Shown here: in pieces, positions 48,655 through 58,087 of the stretch
Position numbering within the stretch: position 1 is the first letter of the stretch
Layout: every line of letters starts with the position of its first letter
Assembly (NCBI GenBank): GCA_030749075.1
Contig: JASMKR010000031.1
Location: 70,089-134,088 of the forward strand
Source of the DNA: Candidatus Thalassarchaeaceae archaeon
GTDB taxonomy: Archaea; Thermoplasmatota; Poseidoniia; Poseidoniales; Thalassarchaeaceae
DNA: 64,000 bases
Reading direction: 5' to 3'
The notes under the pieces: generated by a model
Seen by the model: the letters and a program-made list of their open reading frames with translations, nothing else
Databases searched by the model: none
What the model was told of the DNA's origin: nothing
Translations under genes and position numbers: made by a program

Positions 48655-50664
48655 CTACTCTATCCTAAGGGTGCTCCCGCATTCTGAGCAGTCCAACCTC
48701 AGGGGCCTCACGTTGGACTCAACCTTGTTCTTGGTCCCACATGAAGGGCATCTAACCCTGCCGGCTTTGGTGGGACCACCACCTGCCTTCTCCATCGACT
48801 CATCGGCGGGGGAGATGAGGGTAACGGGGAACACTAGGAGAACGCTAGAGGCGACCACGCCTAGGACGATTTGCATCGGGAGGCCGAACCAATAAATCAC
48901 TAGAGTCAGAACGCCGAGGACGCTGACCATAATCATGCTCGGAACCCTCGTTCTGCGTTTCGTCAGTGCCAAAGCGATTCCAATCGCCAAGCATAGGGCG
49001 AATACGGCGATCATCGCCGAAACCAGGGGGCTGTGAACAAGGGAACCCGGGGCGGCGAAGTCGATTCTGAAGTCAGTCTCAGAATCTATGTCCGATTCCT
49101 CGATTATTAGGGTCTCCATTACAATCCACCTCCGGTGTGAGTACGAGATATCGTCAGTCTCGGAATACACTGCACCAAGACCTGAAAGCATCCCAGTGCT
49201 AATCTCAAAGTCGAGATCCACCTTTGCCCAGTAGTCGTATCCCCCCGGGCGGATGAAGTCCTCGATTAGCCTCTGCCTCTGACTTTCATCAACGTCATAG
49301 GCCGCACTAATGGTGATGGAAATTACCTCGGAGTTGAATGCTGCCGATCCTCCCAAGTCAATCACTATGCCCATTGGGCCGAAATCGATTGGGTTCACGC
49401 CGAAAATCGCCTCAGGATCTAGGAATAGTCCATTGGATAGAAATGACCTCAAGTCTGATTTAGATCCCCTCAGATGGTCCTGCAGAGCCATAATTTCGGA
49501 ATCGTCGACTCTTCCGTTTTGCTTGTCCGAGCTGCTCACCAAGTCAGAGTAAGAATTCAAGTTCCTCCACCAACTGCTGGAGCCTAGACTCTTATTTCCA
49601 ATGTTGTCAAGCCCCCATCTCATCCACTGGGACATCGACCCATCGAAACTAATCGAAGTAGCCCTATCGATCGAGTCTCCGTCGTATTCGCATGAGATGC
49701 TGACTTCCAGCTCGGAGCCACCGATTCGCGACGGCTCTTCTGCTGGATACCAGCCAGTGCCCCCAGAGTCCACCCCTGCTGTAATCTGATGATTTTTATC
49801 AGCCTCGATTCTCAGGGCAGATTGTGGAGAAAGGTAGAAGTCGGCTCTCAAAGACCCGCCCACAAAGTCATCAGGCACCTCCCAGACGAAGGTAACCTCA
49901 ACCCCATCTTCCAGAACTGTAGTGATGGGGCTTTCACTCACCTCCGTATTTTGAATCGAGAATCCTCCGCTCGAACCGGACCACATCTTGTAACCGAATC
50001 CCGAAGTCAGCTTAATTGGGAAGAACGCAAGGTTGCCCTTCACGCTCGCCTCCCTCATCTCGACGTTGACAAGTGGGAATGACATGGACAAGGAAGCATC
50101 GTTTTGTGTCGATCCCCAGAGAAACAGAATCCCCGATTCACTTCCAGGATTGGAGAAGACCAGGCCTTGCACGGATAGCGAAATCTCGATTTCTTCGCCC
50201 TCGGAAATCTCCCCATCACCGACTTCCACAGAGACTTGCAGTTCTCCTGAGTTGGTAAGGTATACTGCGGGAATCTGGGAAGAGCTCTCGTACGTGCTTC
50301 CTCCCACCTTGATTAGAACGGTGGCGTTGGCAGTAACGCCGGTTGCATCGACAACTTCGTAGGGGATGCTGAAAATCCATGTCCCTGCTGAGTAATCCCC
50401 ATCCGCGCCCCAGATGACGCTCCATGCCCCTATGTTCACCTCTCCCCAAATCGACGGGGTGACGAGGAATGACTTCTCTTCGTCTAAGTCGGAGTCGAAG
50501 GGGGTCAACTCTCCTTCATCCGATTCTCCCATCAGATATAGCTTGAAGTCCTGAGTCTCACAGCATGAATTCACCTCGTCGGATTGCACAGACATTGGGG
50601 ATAGGACAATTATGACCAACAGTGCAACTACCGCTCCCGTACCACGTGGGGAATTGCCACTCAT
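48655..50664 (-). CDS. Surface protein (669 aa): signal peptide, large extracellular beta-rich domain, C-terminal TM helices, cytoplasmic CxxC..CxxC zinc ribbon
   Basis: The N-terminus is MSGNSPRGTGAVVALLVIIVLSPMSVQS. C-terminal helices are LVSAMIAVFALCLAIGIALAL and MIMVSVLGVLTLVIYWF...VLGVVASSVLLVF. The C-terminal motif is RCPSCGTKNK....CSECGSTL. Confidence 0.55.
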   Translation of the reverse strand: MSGNSPRGTGAVVALLVIIVLSPMSVQSDEVNSCCETQDFKLYLMGESDEGELTPFDSDLDEEKSFLVTPSIWGEVNIGAWSVIWGADGDYSAGTWIFSIPYEVVDATGVTANATVLIKVGGSTYESSSQIPAVYLTNSGELQVSVEVGDGEISEGEEIEISLSVQGLVFSNPGSESGILFLWGSTQNDASLSMSFPLVNVEMREASVKGNLAFFPIKLTSGFGYKMWSGSSGGFSIQNTEVSESPITTVLEDGVEVTFVWEVPDDFVGGSLRADFYLSPQSALRIEADKNHQITAGVDSGGTGWYPAEEPSRIGGSELEVSISCEYDGDSIDRATSISFDGSMSQWMRWGLDNIGNKSLGSSSWWRNLNSYSDLVSSSDKQNGRVDDSEIMALQDHLRGSKSDLRSFLSNGLFLDPEAIFGVNPIDFGPMGIVIDLGGSAAFNSEVISITISAAYDVDESQRQRLIEDFIRPGGYDYWAKVDLDFEISTGMLSGLGAVYSETDDISYSHRRWIVMETLIIEESDIDSETDFRIDFAAPGSLVHSPLVSAMIAVFALCLAIGIALALTKRRTRVPSMIMVSVLGVLTLVIYWFGLPMQIVLGVVASSVLLVFPVTLISPADESMEKAGGGPTKAGRVRCPSCGTKNKVESNVRPLRLDCSECGSTLRIE

Positions 50665-50756
50665 CGTATGCTGATTGGCACCATGCCCTTGAATGCGACG
50701 CCCATAGGAACCTCACGCGCGCGATTCACTGGGCAACGCAGTTGGCCCGCACCGAA

Positions 50757-52457
50757 TTATCTGTGCAGCCAAATCAACTTCGCTGGCCCCTTATCAGGGA
50801 GCTCTTCCAATATGGCGAAACCTACTCTCTCGAGTTGGTATGTCTCTCCAACCTGCAGTTCAAAGTCCTCGAGCAGTCCAATCTCGGAGGAGATGAGTCT
50901 GCCATCTGGCCTGTGGAGGACTGCTTCGCGACCCATGCCACTAGGAAGCCATTGGACAACTGGACGCTCGTCTGTTCTACTCCAGGACTCTACTGTAGCA
51001 GTCTCGCCGGACACTATGATATCCCCGTACTCCTTCAGGCGGATTCTAGTCGCAGCGACATCTGCAGACTGGACTGCCACGGTATCTCCAACCGTCCAAT
51101 CCCTAGAACCGCTCACAGTACCTTCTGGGTGCTTGGGGATGGATAACTCCGGACCTGGCCCACCCGAACCATCCAGAGTCAGAGTCACGGGATCGCGGAC
51201 GAAGCTCCGCCGCTCCGTCGAGGGGTCGATCCTCTTGGCGTGAAATGCCTCGATAGTCTGCATTGATGTGGAAATGTCCTTCTCCGAAATTCCGAGGCTA
51301 ATCCAATAATCGCGGATAACATCCGGTCTGAAGCCTCTACGCCTCAGGGCGGAAAGAGTGGGCAACCGGATGTCATCCCAATCCTCGAACTCCCCGCCTT
51401 CAATCGCTGCCTTGATTTCCGATTTGGAAATCTTGCCAAACTCGTGAATCTTGATTCTTCCCCAGTACATCGTTTGCGGGTATGTCCATCCGAAGTGTTC
51501 GTAAAGTAGAGTCTGCTTACGAGTGCTGTCCATCAGGTCCTTTCCCCTGATGATGTGGGTCACTCCACATTTGTGGTCATCTACGGCGCTCTGAAAGTCC
51601 AGAAGTGGCCATACCCTGTCATTCTCGCCGACGTCCAATATTCTCAGGGCCGGCCAATCCCGCAAAGCTGGGTTCGGCAGGCTCATTGACGTCTTCACCC
51701 TGATTACGGCACCTCCCTCGTCAATTTTTCCGGATTTCATCTCTTCCCAGTCAGCCAGGCTGTCGTCCTCTGGTCGATTTCTGCATGGGCAGTCTTTCTT
51801 CTCCTCGCGCATTCTCCTGAAATTATCAACGCTGCATCGGCAGACGTATCCGAAGCCACCGGATAGCATCTCCACTGCGTGCTCGTAGTAGATGCTCATT
51901 CTATTCTCGGCTCGCATTATTTTGTCGGGCGGGCCCCCAGTGAGCCATTCCCACTCATCCACTATCATGTCGTAGGCTTCTTTCATTGGCTTCTTCAACT
52001 TGCGATCCGTGTCATCAAATCGAAGCACCATCTTGCCCCCGTAATTATTAGCGTACTCGGAGTTGATTGAAAGGCCCCTGGAGTGCCCTATTGTCAAGGG
52101 CCCATTCGGATTGGGCGCAAACCTCAGGACGATGCTAGAAGTATTTCCTGGCAATTCTCCTAAGCCCCCCATCTTTTGGTGCTTCTCGCGTTCCAGGGCC
52201 TCGGGCGCAATCTTCCCCAACTCGGCTCGGACGGCATCGACCCCCTGACTTGCGGCCATTGAGTTGGCAGCAGAGACCTCCGCATCGACTAGGTCCATGA
52301 GTTCGCGAGCCTTCTGACGCAGGTCCTCACGCTCAGAGAGCAGCCTACCGAGAACGCTGCCCGACTGCCCCTCGCCATTGTACTCGACCGCGTTCTGGAG
52401 GGCGTACTTGCGGACCACTCCAATCACGACGGCATCCCAATCACTAGGCTCGCTCAT
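50757..52457 (-). CDS. gltX: Glutamyl-tRNA synthetase, archaeal type
   Basis: The HIGH region is LRFAPNPNGPLTIGHSRG and the KMSKS-like motif is FGKISKSE. The track ORF runs to 52625 but would overlap the rnhB 3' end by 127 nt. The Met at 52457 (MSEPSDWDAVV) gives ~566 aa with no overlap. Confidence 0.8.
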   Translation of the reverse strand: MSEPSDWDAVVIGVVRKYALQNAVEYNGEGQSGSVLGRLLSEREDLRQKARELMDLVDAEVSAANSMAASQGVDAVRAELGKIAPEALEREKHQKMGGLGELPGNTSSIVLRFAPNPNGPLTIGHSRGLSINSEYANNYGGKMVLRFDDTDRKLKKPMKEAYDMIVDEWEWLTGGPPDKIMRAENRMSIYYEHAVEMLSGGFGYVCRCSVDNFRRMREEKKDCPCRNRPEDDSLADWEEMKSGKIDEGGAVIRVKTSMSLPNPALRDWPALRILDVGENDRVWPLLDFQSAVDDHKCGVTHIIRGKDLMDSTRKQTLLYEHFGWTYPQTMYWGRIKIHEFGKISKSEIKAAIEGGEFEDWDDIRLPTLSALRRRGFRPDVIRDYWISLGISEKDISTSMQTIEAFHAKRIDPSTERRSFVRDPVTLTLDGSGGPGPELSIPKHPEGTVSGSRDWTVGDTVAVQSADVAATRIRLKEYGDIIVSGETATVESWSRTDERPVVQWLPSGMGREAVLHRPDGRLISSEIGLLEDFELQVGETYQLERVGFAILEELPDKGPAKLIWLHR

Positions 52458-52498
52458 GATAATCGATTTGACCGAGCAAAGGTGGCATTTCACCATTC

Positions 52499-53239
52499 TT
52501 ACTGATTCCAATCCTCCAAGGACGATTGTATTGGGCGTGTCGCACCGGCGTCTCTTGTGGGAACGGGGCGCCGGTGCGTCTCCGTCCAGATATCGAAAAC
52601 CGTCGACCAACTCCAGCGCAGGCACTCGTGAGGGAGTTGGCCTGCACAGAGCTCTCGCACAGCGGCTCTAGTCAGGGGGTCCGAGGGATATCCCGAACCT
52701 AACTCAATTCCAATGCAACTCGCCAATCTACTTACCTCGGCATCACGCCTGAATTTCGCTATTGTGCTGGCGGCGCCTACGACAACGTCTTTTCCATCCA
52801 TTCCATGATCCGAGAGGATTCTGCAACCCTGCCACCTCTCTCCGAGTTCGGACTCTACGTTCTTACCGAATCTAGGGGCATTGACGTCGCAAGCATCGAG
52901 CATAATCCTACAGTTTTCGTTAGGTTCCATCGTCGCGTTAATTGCCTCAGCAAACAACTCGACCTCTAGTGAGTTAAGGTTTCCAGTCATCATTCCTAGG
53001 TCGATTCTGGACGGTCTGCAAACGATTTCTACCACGTCCCAGCCCCTTGAGTCTGAGAGTCTGCCGATCTCTGAAACTACTTCCTCTCGCTTCTTCTTGC
53101 TGAGCTTCTTCGAGTCATCAGCACCAATGTCGACTAGGACCCCCCGATCTTCTTCGGGCACCGCGATGGCGCACACAACGAGAGGACCAATTACAGACCC
53201 CCTCCCTGCCTCATCGACCCCGATGACTCGTCCCCGCAT
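52499..53239 (-). CDS. rnhB: Ribonuclease HII
   Basis: VIGVDEAGRGSVIGPLVV is the DEAGRG active-site motif. Downstream catalytic Asp residues are present. The product is 246 aa. Confidence 0.9.
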   Translation of the reverse strand: MRGRVIGVDEAGRGSVIGPLVVCAIAVPEEDRGVLVDIGADDSKKLSKKKREEVVSEIGRLSDSRGWDVVEIVCRPSRIDLGMMTGNLNSLEVELFAEAINATMEPNENCRIMLDACDVNAPRFGKNVESELGERWQGCRILSDHGMDGKDVVVGAASTIAKFRRDAEVSRLASCIGIELGSGYPSDPLTRAAVRELCAGQLPHECLRWSWSTVFDIWTETHRRPVPTRDAGATRPIQSSLEDWNQ

Positions 53240-53291
53240 AGTGTTGAAATTGGCATAATTCTATTGAAAACTACTGTTTTCAGAAGCATTA

Positions 53292-53519
53292 TTGCGCAAT
53301 ACTGATGTTCATGTGCATTGCTCGAGGCACATGGTTCCGTTTTGGCCTTTCAAGAAGAAGCCCCCAAAATCGCGCATTTCTAGGCAGAAGTTCGTCACCA
53401 ATGTCGTCGAGTACGAGCGCGAAACGGAGAAGGAAGCGAAGAGCAAGACCAGGGAAGGGGACCATTTGAAAGATCGAAAGTTCATGGACGCGATGAAGTT
53501 GTTAACGAAGAAGGATTAG
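53292..53519 (+). CDS. Small lysine-rich basic protein (75 aa; could start at the internal Met for 62 aa), unknown function
   Basis: ORF in the divergent gap after an AT-rich region (53240-53291). The KKKPPKSR...KEAKSKTREGD composition looks like a nucleic-acid-binding protein. It has no motif and is low confidence. Confidence 0.25.
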   Translation: MRNTDVHVHCSRHMVPFWPFKKKPPKSRISRQKFVTNVVEYERETEKEAKSKTREGDHLKDRKFMDAMKLLTKKD

Positions 53520-53522
53520 CCT

Positions 53523-55277
53523 TCATATCACGGGATCTGGAATCAGCTCACCAAGCGCTCCCAGATCGAACTCACCTGCGTGAATGGGGGATTTGAGACC
53601 GAATGCGCTACTTATCAATGGGTCAATCTCACCAAACTCGCCCACTGCCTGTCCTCGTACAGTCACAGAGGACCCTCTTCCAGTTATCCATGGCCCCACA
53701 TTGGGGGCAGTAGCGATGAAGTCGACTTCATTGGCTGGCGCACCCAGGTCCCTAAGAATTCCCTGAACAATCCCTTTGGCGGTAGAAAATCCACTTCCCA
53801 CCTCTGCACACGCCCAGGCGCCCCTGTCCCTGTTCCGGGAGTCGCGAACAACCGAACCGAGTTCGTAGACGCGCTGGGGAAGCTCATGGTGGCGGTTTGC
53901 GGCAAGAAGCCTTAGCAGTGATGGGAGGATGAACTGCCGAAGCATAGTGTGCTCGGATGTAATCGGATTAGCAATGGTTGTCCTAGATCCTCCTTCTGGC
54001 CATCGCGTTAACTCGAACTGGTCAGCCTCATTTGACAGGGTAAGACTCTGAATCTCTTGTAACCCGCAAGCCCGCATACTCTCACTGAACCTACGCTTAA
54101 GGTGGGATGACTGCAGGGGGACTGCATCTATGTGAACGGACGACATCTCCTTGGGTAGATTTTCATAGCCGTAGCCTATTGCAATATCCTCAACGATGTC
54201 AATTGGGTGCATGATGTCGCTTCTCCATCTGGGCATTGAAACTATGTGCTCCTGCTCTCCCACGGCACAATCGCCCCATCTCTCTGATTTGTTCGGCCCA
54301 TCGGTCACAGTCCTACTTTCATCCAGGCGGCCACCCATCCTCGTTAGCGCCTCGGAAAGGACCTCTGCCGACATCTCCAGACCCAGTATACTCCTAATCA
54401 GACGGTCTGGAACCCTGTGCTGACGCTCGTCCCCCCTAGGTGTGCTGATTGAATTTCCGTCACAACCCGTCACAAGCACACTCTCGACGAGCCCCCCCCT
54501 CTCTGCTAACGAGAGGCAGATCAAGAGCAAGCAAGCCTCGCAAGCCCTCTCGTCCCACCCAGTTACATCAATGAAAAAGTCAGTAGTCTTCTCGTTCACC
54601 GTAGTATGATCTCCATTGATAATCGGGGGAAACGAGAGCAGGTCATCATTGGAGTCTAGAATTACTGGGAAGCGATCCAGTTCACTCATCAAGTGGGAAT
54701 ACTCAATCCCCTTGGGATGATTTTCCAGAATCTGCCCGATGCTCATCTTCTCAGTCTCTGCTAGGGGTACGAAGGAGTATGATGGGGGAACGGTGATTAC
54801 GCGGAAGGGGGGGCTCAGGGATGAGAGGTCATGAACGCCAATTGAGGAGAACCTCCTCTTTCTACCAAGGGTTAGGTGCAACTTCTCCTGATGATCCATC
54901 AGAGATTGGATGAAACCGCTCTTCTGCTCGGCGTCGGAGCCAGTGTCAACGTTCCTAACCACTGCTGCCATGATGACTGGTCGAACTTCTCGCAAAGACG
55001 GATCGACGTTCATCTCGATGTCGCCATCAAGCACCCCCATCGCAACGCCATCTCCCCCTTGAGCAAGGAACGAACGGGAGGCCTTAGCGAGAGTCTCGTG
55101 ACTCAGAAGGTCCGGACGATCGGGAAAAACCTCCAATTCCACCACCGTCTCGTCATTGTTATCCACCGGACAGCCGATCCTAGGCAACCAATCCGACCAA
55201 TCCTCGGGGTTGTGTTGAGTTTCATTCAGATTCTGGATGTACCTGAGAATCGAATGTTGGAGCTCTAGGGTAGGCAA
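53523..55277 (-). CDS. pheT: Phenylalanyl-tRNA synthetase beta subunit, archaeal type
   Basis: The N-terminus MPTLELQHSILRYIQ is typical of archaeal PheT. The length is 584 aa. B3/4 and B5 domains and the C-terminal catalytic-like fold are present. Confidence 0.8.
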   Translation of the reverse strand: MPTLELQHSILRYIQNLNETQHNPEDWSDWLPRIGCPVDNNDETVVELEVFPDRPDLLSHETLAKASRSFLAQGGDGVAMGVLDGDIEMNVDPSLREVRPVIMAAVVRNVDTGSDAEQKSGFIQSLMDHQEKLHLTLGRKRRFSSIGVHDLSSLSPPFRVITVPPSYSFVPLAETEKMSIGQILENHPKGIEYSHLMSELDRFPVILDSNDDLLSFPPIINGDHTTVNEKTTDFFIDVTGWDERACEACLLLICLSLAERGGLVESVLVTGCDGNSISTPRGDERQHRVPDRLIRSILGLEMSAEVLSEALTRMGGRLDESRTVTDGPNKSERWGDCAVGEQEHIVSMPRWRSDIMHPIDIVEDIAIGYGYENLPKEMSSVHIDAVPLQSSHLKRRFSESMRACGLQEIQSLTLSNEADQFELTRWPEGGSRTTIANPITSEHTMLRQFILPSLLRLLAANRHHELPQRVYELGSVVRDSRNRDRGAWACAEVGSGFSTAKGIVQGILRDLGAPANEVDFIATAPNVGPWITGRGSSVTVRGQAVGEFGEIDPLISSAFGLKSPIHAGEFDLGALGELIPDPVI

Positions 55278-55281
55278 CGAA

Positions 55282-56913
55282 TCACCTCAGTTCTAGCCAC
55301 ATCGGTAGCGGCCTATCGTACCCAGATAGACGTAGCCCAGAAATTGCAGCCGTGTCATAGTCCATGGCTCTGAGATTCCTTCTGCCGATCCTCTCAAGAC
55401 CGTCTATTCCTAGTTCGCGCATCCAGCCCCTCAGGTCACACTCGACCGAAGTCAGGTAACCTTCTACATCCGTATCTTTAGGCGGTGCAACGACCACCTG
55501 ACATCCGGCCGCGACGGCAATCAGCATGTCTTCAGCACTAGGCACCTCATCTAATTCCATCATCACGTATTTGCCGTACTCGGTCAGACCCATGGCTCTG
55601 GAGGCTAGGCCAATCTTCGGGAGGGCTGAAGCCAATCTGGCTCCGCCGGGGGAAGCCCCATCCACAACCGCACCGTCGAGATCCAATTCAACCACGAGTC
55701 TGAATAGGTGCTCTACTCGATTGACATGCCCCCTCAATAGAATAAGAGAGCGCTCGGACATCCTGCTATGCATCGAAACAAGCAGGGCCTCGATCTCTGC
55801 GTCGTTCAAACCCGGGAATTCGCCTAGGTCCAGAACTATGCCCGCGCATTGCCCGACAATCGAAATGGAGTCGGCCAAATTCCCTTCCCCTAGGAGCAGG
55901 AGATCCGCTGCGCGAGGGGCTGACCGTACTAGTGCGGGCTGGCTTTCCGACATTGCGCCCTTCCACTCTGAGGCGGTTTCACACTGAATTAGCCATGGCA
56001 CCGGAAAGATGACCCCTTCAGAATCCGCATCGGTTGGAATAATCAGGGTGTAGTGATCAAGGGGGGCATGATTGGATAACCGATCTTCATTTGATGGAGC
56101 GAGAGTAATTCTCTCAAAGCCCTCTGCAACGAAGGACTCGGGGGCAACGGGTGGGCCTGCGAGGTTCTTGGCCGGCTCCAGTACCAGGGCATCTTCATTC
56201 AGGGAAAGTCCGAGGGGATCAAGAAGGTTCGAGAACTCAGAAATCTCATCATCGCCTATTGATCTCATGACTACTCCTTGGCCCGGAGGGGGACAGCTCC
56301 CTGAGATGACTATCCTTCCACCATTCATCCCTAATCCCGGTTCTCTGCCTACAGACCCCATCACCATAATCACTCCTTCAGACATTCCCGCACCCAGTCT
56401 GCCTCCAGCGTGCCCTTGAACGACTATCGAGCCACCCGTCATCCCAACTCCGCCTTCATCCCCAATGGAACCCTGAATCGTGATTTCACCCCCACTCATT
56501 CGAAATCCAACCTTGTCACCCGCGTCTTTCTCTACCACGGTCCTGCCAGCAACGTGATAAGCCCCAAGCATTGACGATGCCGAGCCCCTGAGGGTGAAGG
56601 TTCCACCCCGGTTAATGCCACCTGCAAACTCGCCGAGCGTACCTAGGCAAAGGACTCTGGCACCCTCGGGAAGATGGGTGATTACTCCGATTTCGCCTTT
56701 CTTAGGACGCTCGTCTCCTGCTTTCCCCCACCCAATCTTCACTGGCCGGTCTTCTTCAATCCCCTTCTCGACATACCTGTCTAGATCGCGATTGAGCTTC
56801 ACGCTCTTGGCAGTGACATCTCTCATTTCCTCCACACCCCTATGAGTACCCAGACACCTCAACCATACTGTGACATTGACGATAAACGGCGTCTTGTTAT
56901 TGACTCTTGCCAA
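55282..56913 (-). CDS. Glutamate-synthase-related protein: N-terminal GXGXG beta-helix domain (GltB domain 3 / FwdC-like) fused to part of the C-terminal FMN/TIM-barrel region (permuted order)
   Basis: GXGXG-type repeats: GRTVVEKDAGDKVGFRMSGGEITIQGSIGDEGGVGMTGGSIVVQGHAGGRLGAGMSEGVIMVMGSVG. The C-terminus ELDLDGAVVDGASPGGARL ... AEDMLIAVAAGCQVVV resembles the GltS FMN-barrel tail. Confidence 0.55.
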   Translation of the reverse strand: MARVNNKTPFIVNVTVWLRCLGTHRGVEEMRDVTAKSVKLNRDLDRYVEKGIEEDRPVKIGWGKAGDERPKKGEIGVITHLPEGARVLCLGTLGEFAGGINRGGTFTLRGSASSMLGAYHVAGRTVVEKDAGDKVGFRMSGGEITIQGSIGDEGGVGMTGGSIVVQGHAGGRLGAGMSEGVIMVMGSVGREPGLGMNGGRIVISGSCPPPGQGVVMRSIGDDEISEFSNLLDPLGLSLNEDALVLEPAKNLAGPPVAPESFVAEGFERITLAPSNEDRLSNHAPLDHYTLIIPTDADSEGVIFPVPWLIQCETASEWKGAMSESQPALVRSAPRAADLLLLGEGNLADSISIVGQCAGIVLDLGEFPGLNDAEIEALLVSMHSRMSERSLILLRGHVNRVEHLFRLVVELDLDGAVVDGASPGGARLASALPKIGLASRAMGLTEYGKYVMMELDEVPSAEDMLIAVAAGCQVVVAPPKDTDVEGYLTSVECDLRGWMRELGIDGLERIGRRNLRAMDYDTAAISGLRLSGYDRPLPMWLELR

Positions 56914-58022
56914 GTTACGTTATGTTCATAGGCATCCTTCAGACGCCGGCGGATTACCGGAAACGGTTTCGAGGGACTTCTGTGAGCGCTATTAAGATTG
57001 CAATAAACGGCTATGGAACAATTGGAAAGCGGGTTGCAGATGCTGTAGATGCACAGGAAGACATGGAAGTCGTGGGCGTAACCAAGACTGCCCCCTCTTT
57101 CGGGTGCAATCTAGCCGTCAAGAAGGGTTTCCCCCTTTACTGCACCAGTGATGAAACCAAGCGAATATCCGCATTCTCAGAATCTCACTTCGAATGCCGC
57201 GGTGGCCTCTCAAAATTACTTTCGATTGCTGATGTCGTAATCGATTGCTCACCAGGGAAAGTGGGTGCGGAAAACCTGTCCAAATATCGGGCCGCCGGAG
57301 TCAAATACATCTTCCAAGGAGGTGAAAAGCACGAACTGACCGGTCTGTCCTACACATCTTCGGCCAACCATGCCGAGAACCTTAACGCTGAGGGCACTAG
57401 GGTAGTCTCTTGCAATACCACTGGCCTCGCGCGCACATTGGTGCCCCTGTACGATCACTGCGGTTCTTTGAGTGTGGAATGCACAATGATTCGCCGTGCT
57501 GCGGATCCCGGCGATTCCAAGAAGGGCCCCATTAACGCCATCAAACCCGTCCTCAAAGTACCTAGTCACCACGGTCCGGATGTCATGACGGTCAAGCCTG
57601 AAATCATCATCAATAGCCTCGCAGTAGCGGTTCCCACAACCATCATGCATGTGCACGCAATCGTTGCTGATCTCCCCGAAGGACATGGCCTGACGACTGA
57701 GTCGGCCGTCGATCTATGGAAGGAGACACCACGGGTTGTTGTCATGCATGGGGGGGGCAATCGCCTCACTACGACAGCTGAGGTCATGGAGATGGCTCGG
57801 GACATTGGAAGGAAATGGGGGGACCTGCACGAGATTTTCGTGTGGGAGGATGGCGCCAAGCTCGTTGGGAACCGCCTCTACTACTTCCAGGCCATACATC
57901 AGGAGAGCGACGTGATTCCTGAGAATGTTGACTGCATTCGAGCTCTGATGGGGGTGGAATCTGATTGGCGCTCATCGGTGGCCAAGACTGATGTAGCCAT
58001 TTCTCGGTACTACTCCATCTAA
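56907..58022 (+). CDS. gap: Glyceraldehyde-3-phosphate dehydrogenase, archaeal type II
   Basis: IKIAINGYGTIGKRVADAV is the Rossmann motif. VSCNTTGLARTL contains the catalytic Cys. Roughly 25 extra residues precede the Rossmann motif, so an in-frame GTG at 56982 is an alternative start. Confidence 0.85.
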   Translation: MPSYVMFIGILQTPADYRKRFRGTSVSAIKIAINGYGTIGKRVADAVDAQEDMEVVGVTKTAPSFGCNLAVKKGFPLYCTSDETKRISAFSESHFECRGGLSKLLSIADVVIDCSPGKVGAENLSKYRAAGVKYIFQGGEKHELTGLSYTSSANHAENLNAEGTRVVSCNTTGLARTLVPLYDHCGSLSVECTMIRRAADPGDSKKGPINAIKPVLKVPSHHGPDVMTVKPEIIINSLAVAVPTTIMHVHAIVADLPEGHGLTTESAVDLWKETPRVVVMHGGGNRLTTTAEVMEMARDIGRKWGDLHEIFVWEDGAKLVGNRLYYFQAIHQESDVIPENVDCIRALMGVESDWRSSVAKTDVAISRYYSI

Positions 58023-58087
58023 TTCTGGATACCACACTGCTCGTATAGTGTCAATAGTCAAAAGACAATCTTGGGTCGGAAACCCGA

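Noticed and set aside
52458-52625. N-terminal 56-aa extension of the gltX ORF
   Set aside because: It would overlap the 3' end of rnhB by 127 nt. The internal Met at 52457 gives a normal-length archaeal GluRS. The extension is likely non-coding.
53240-53291. AT-rich 52-nt divergent spacer between rnhB and the small basic ORF as a possible ncRNA
   Set aside because: It is too short and has no conserved structure. It is better explained as back-to-back promoters (TATA-like ATAATT/TTATTG).
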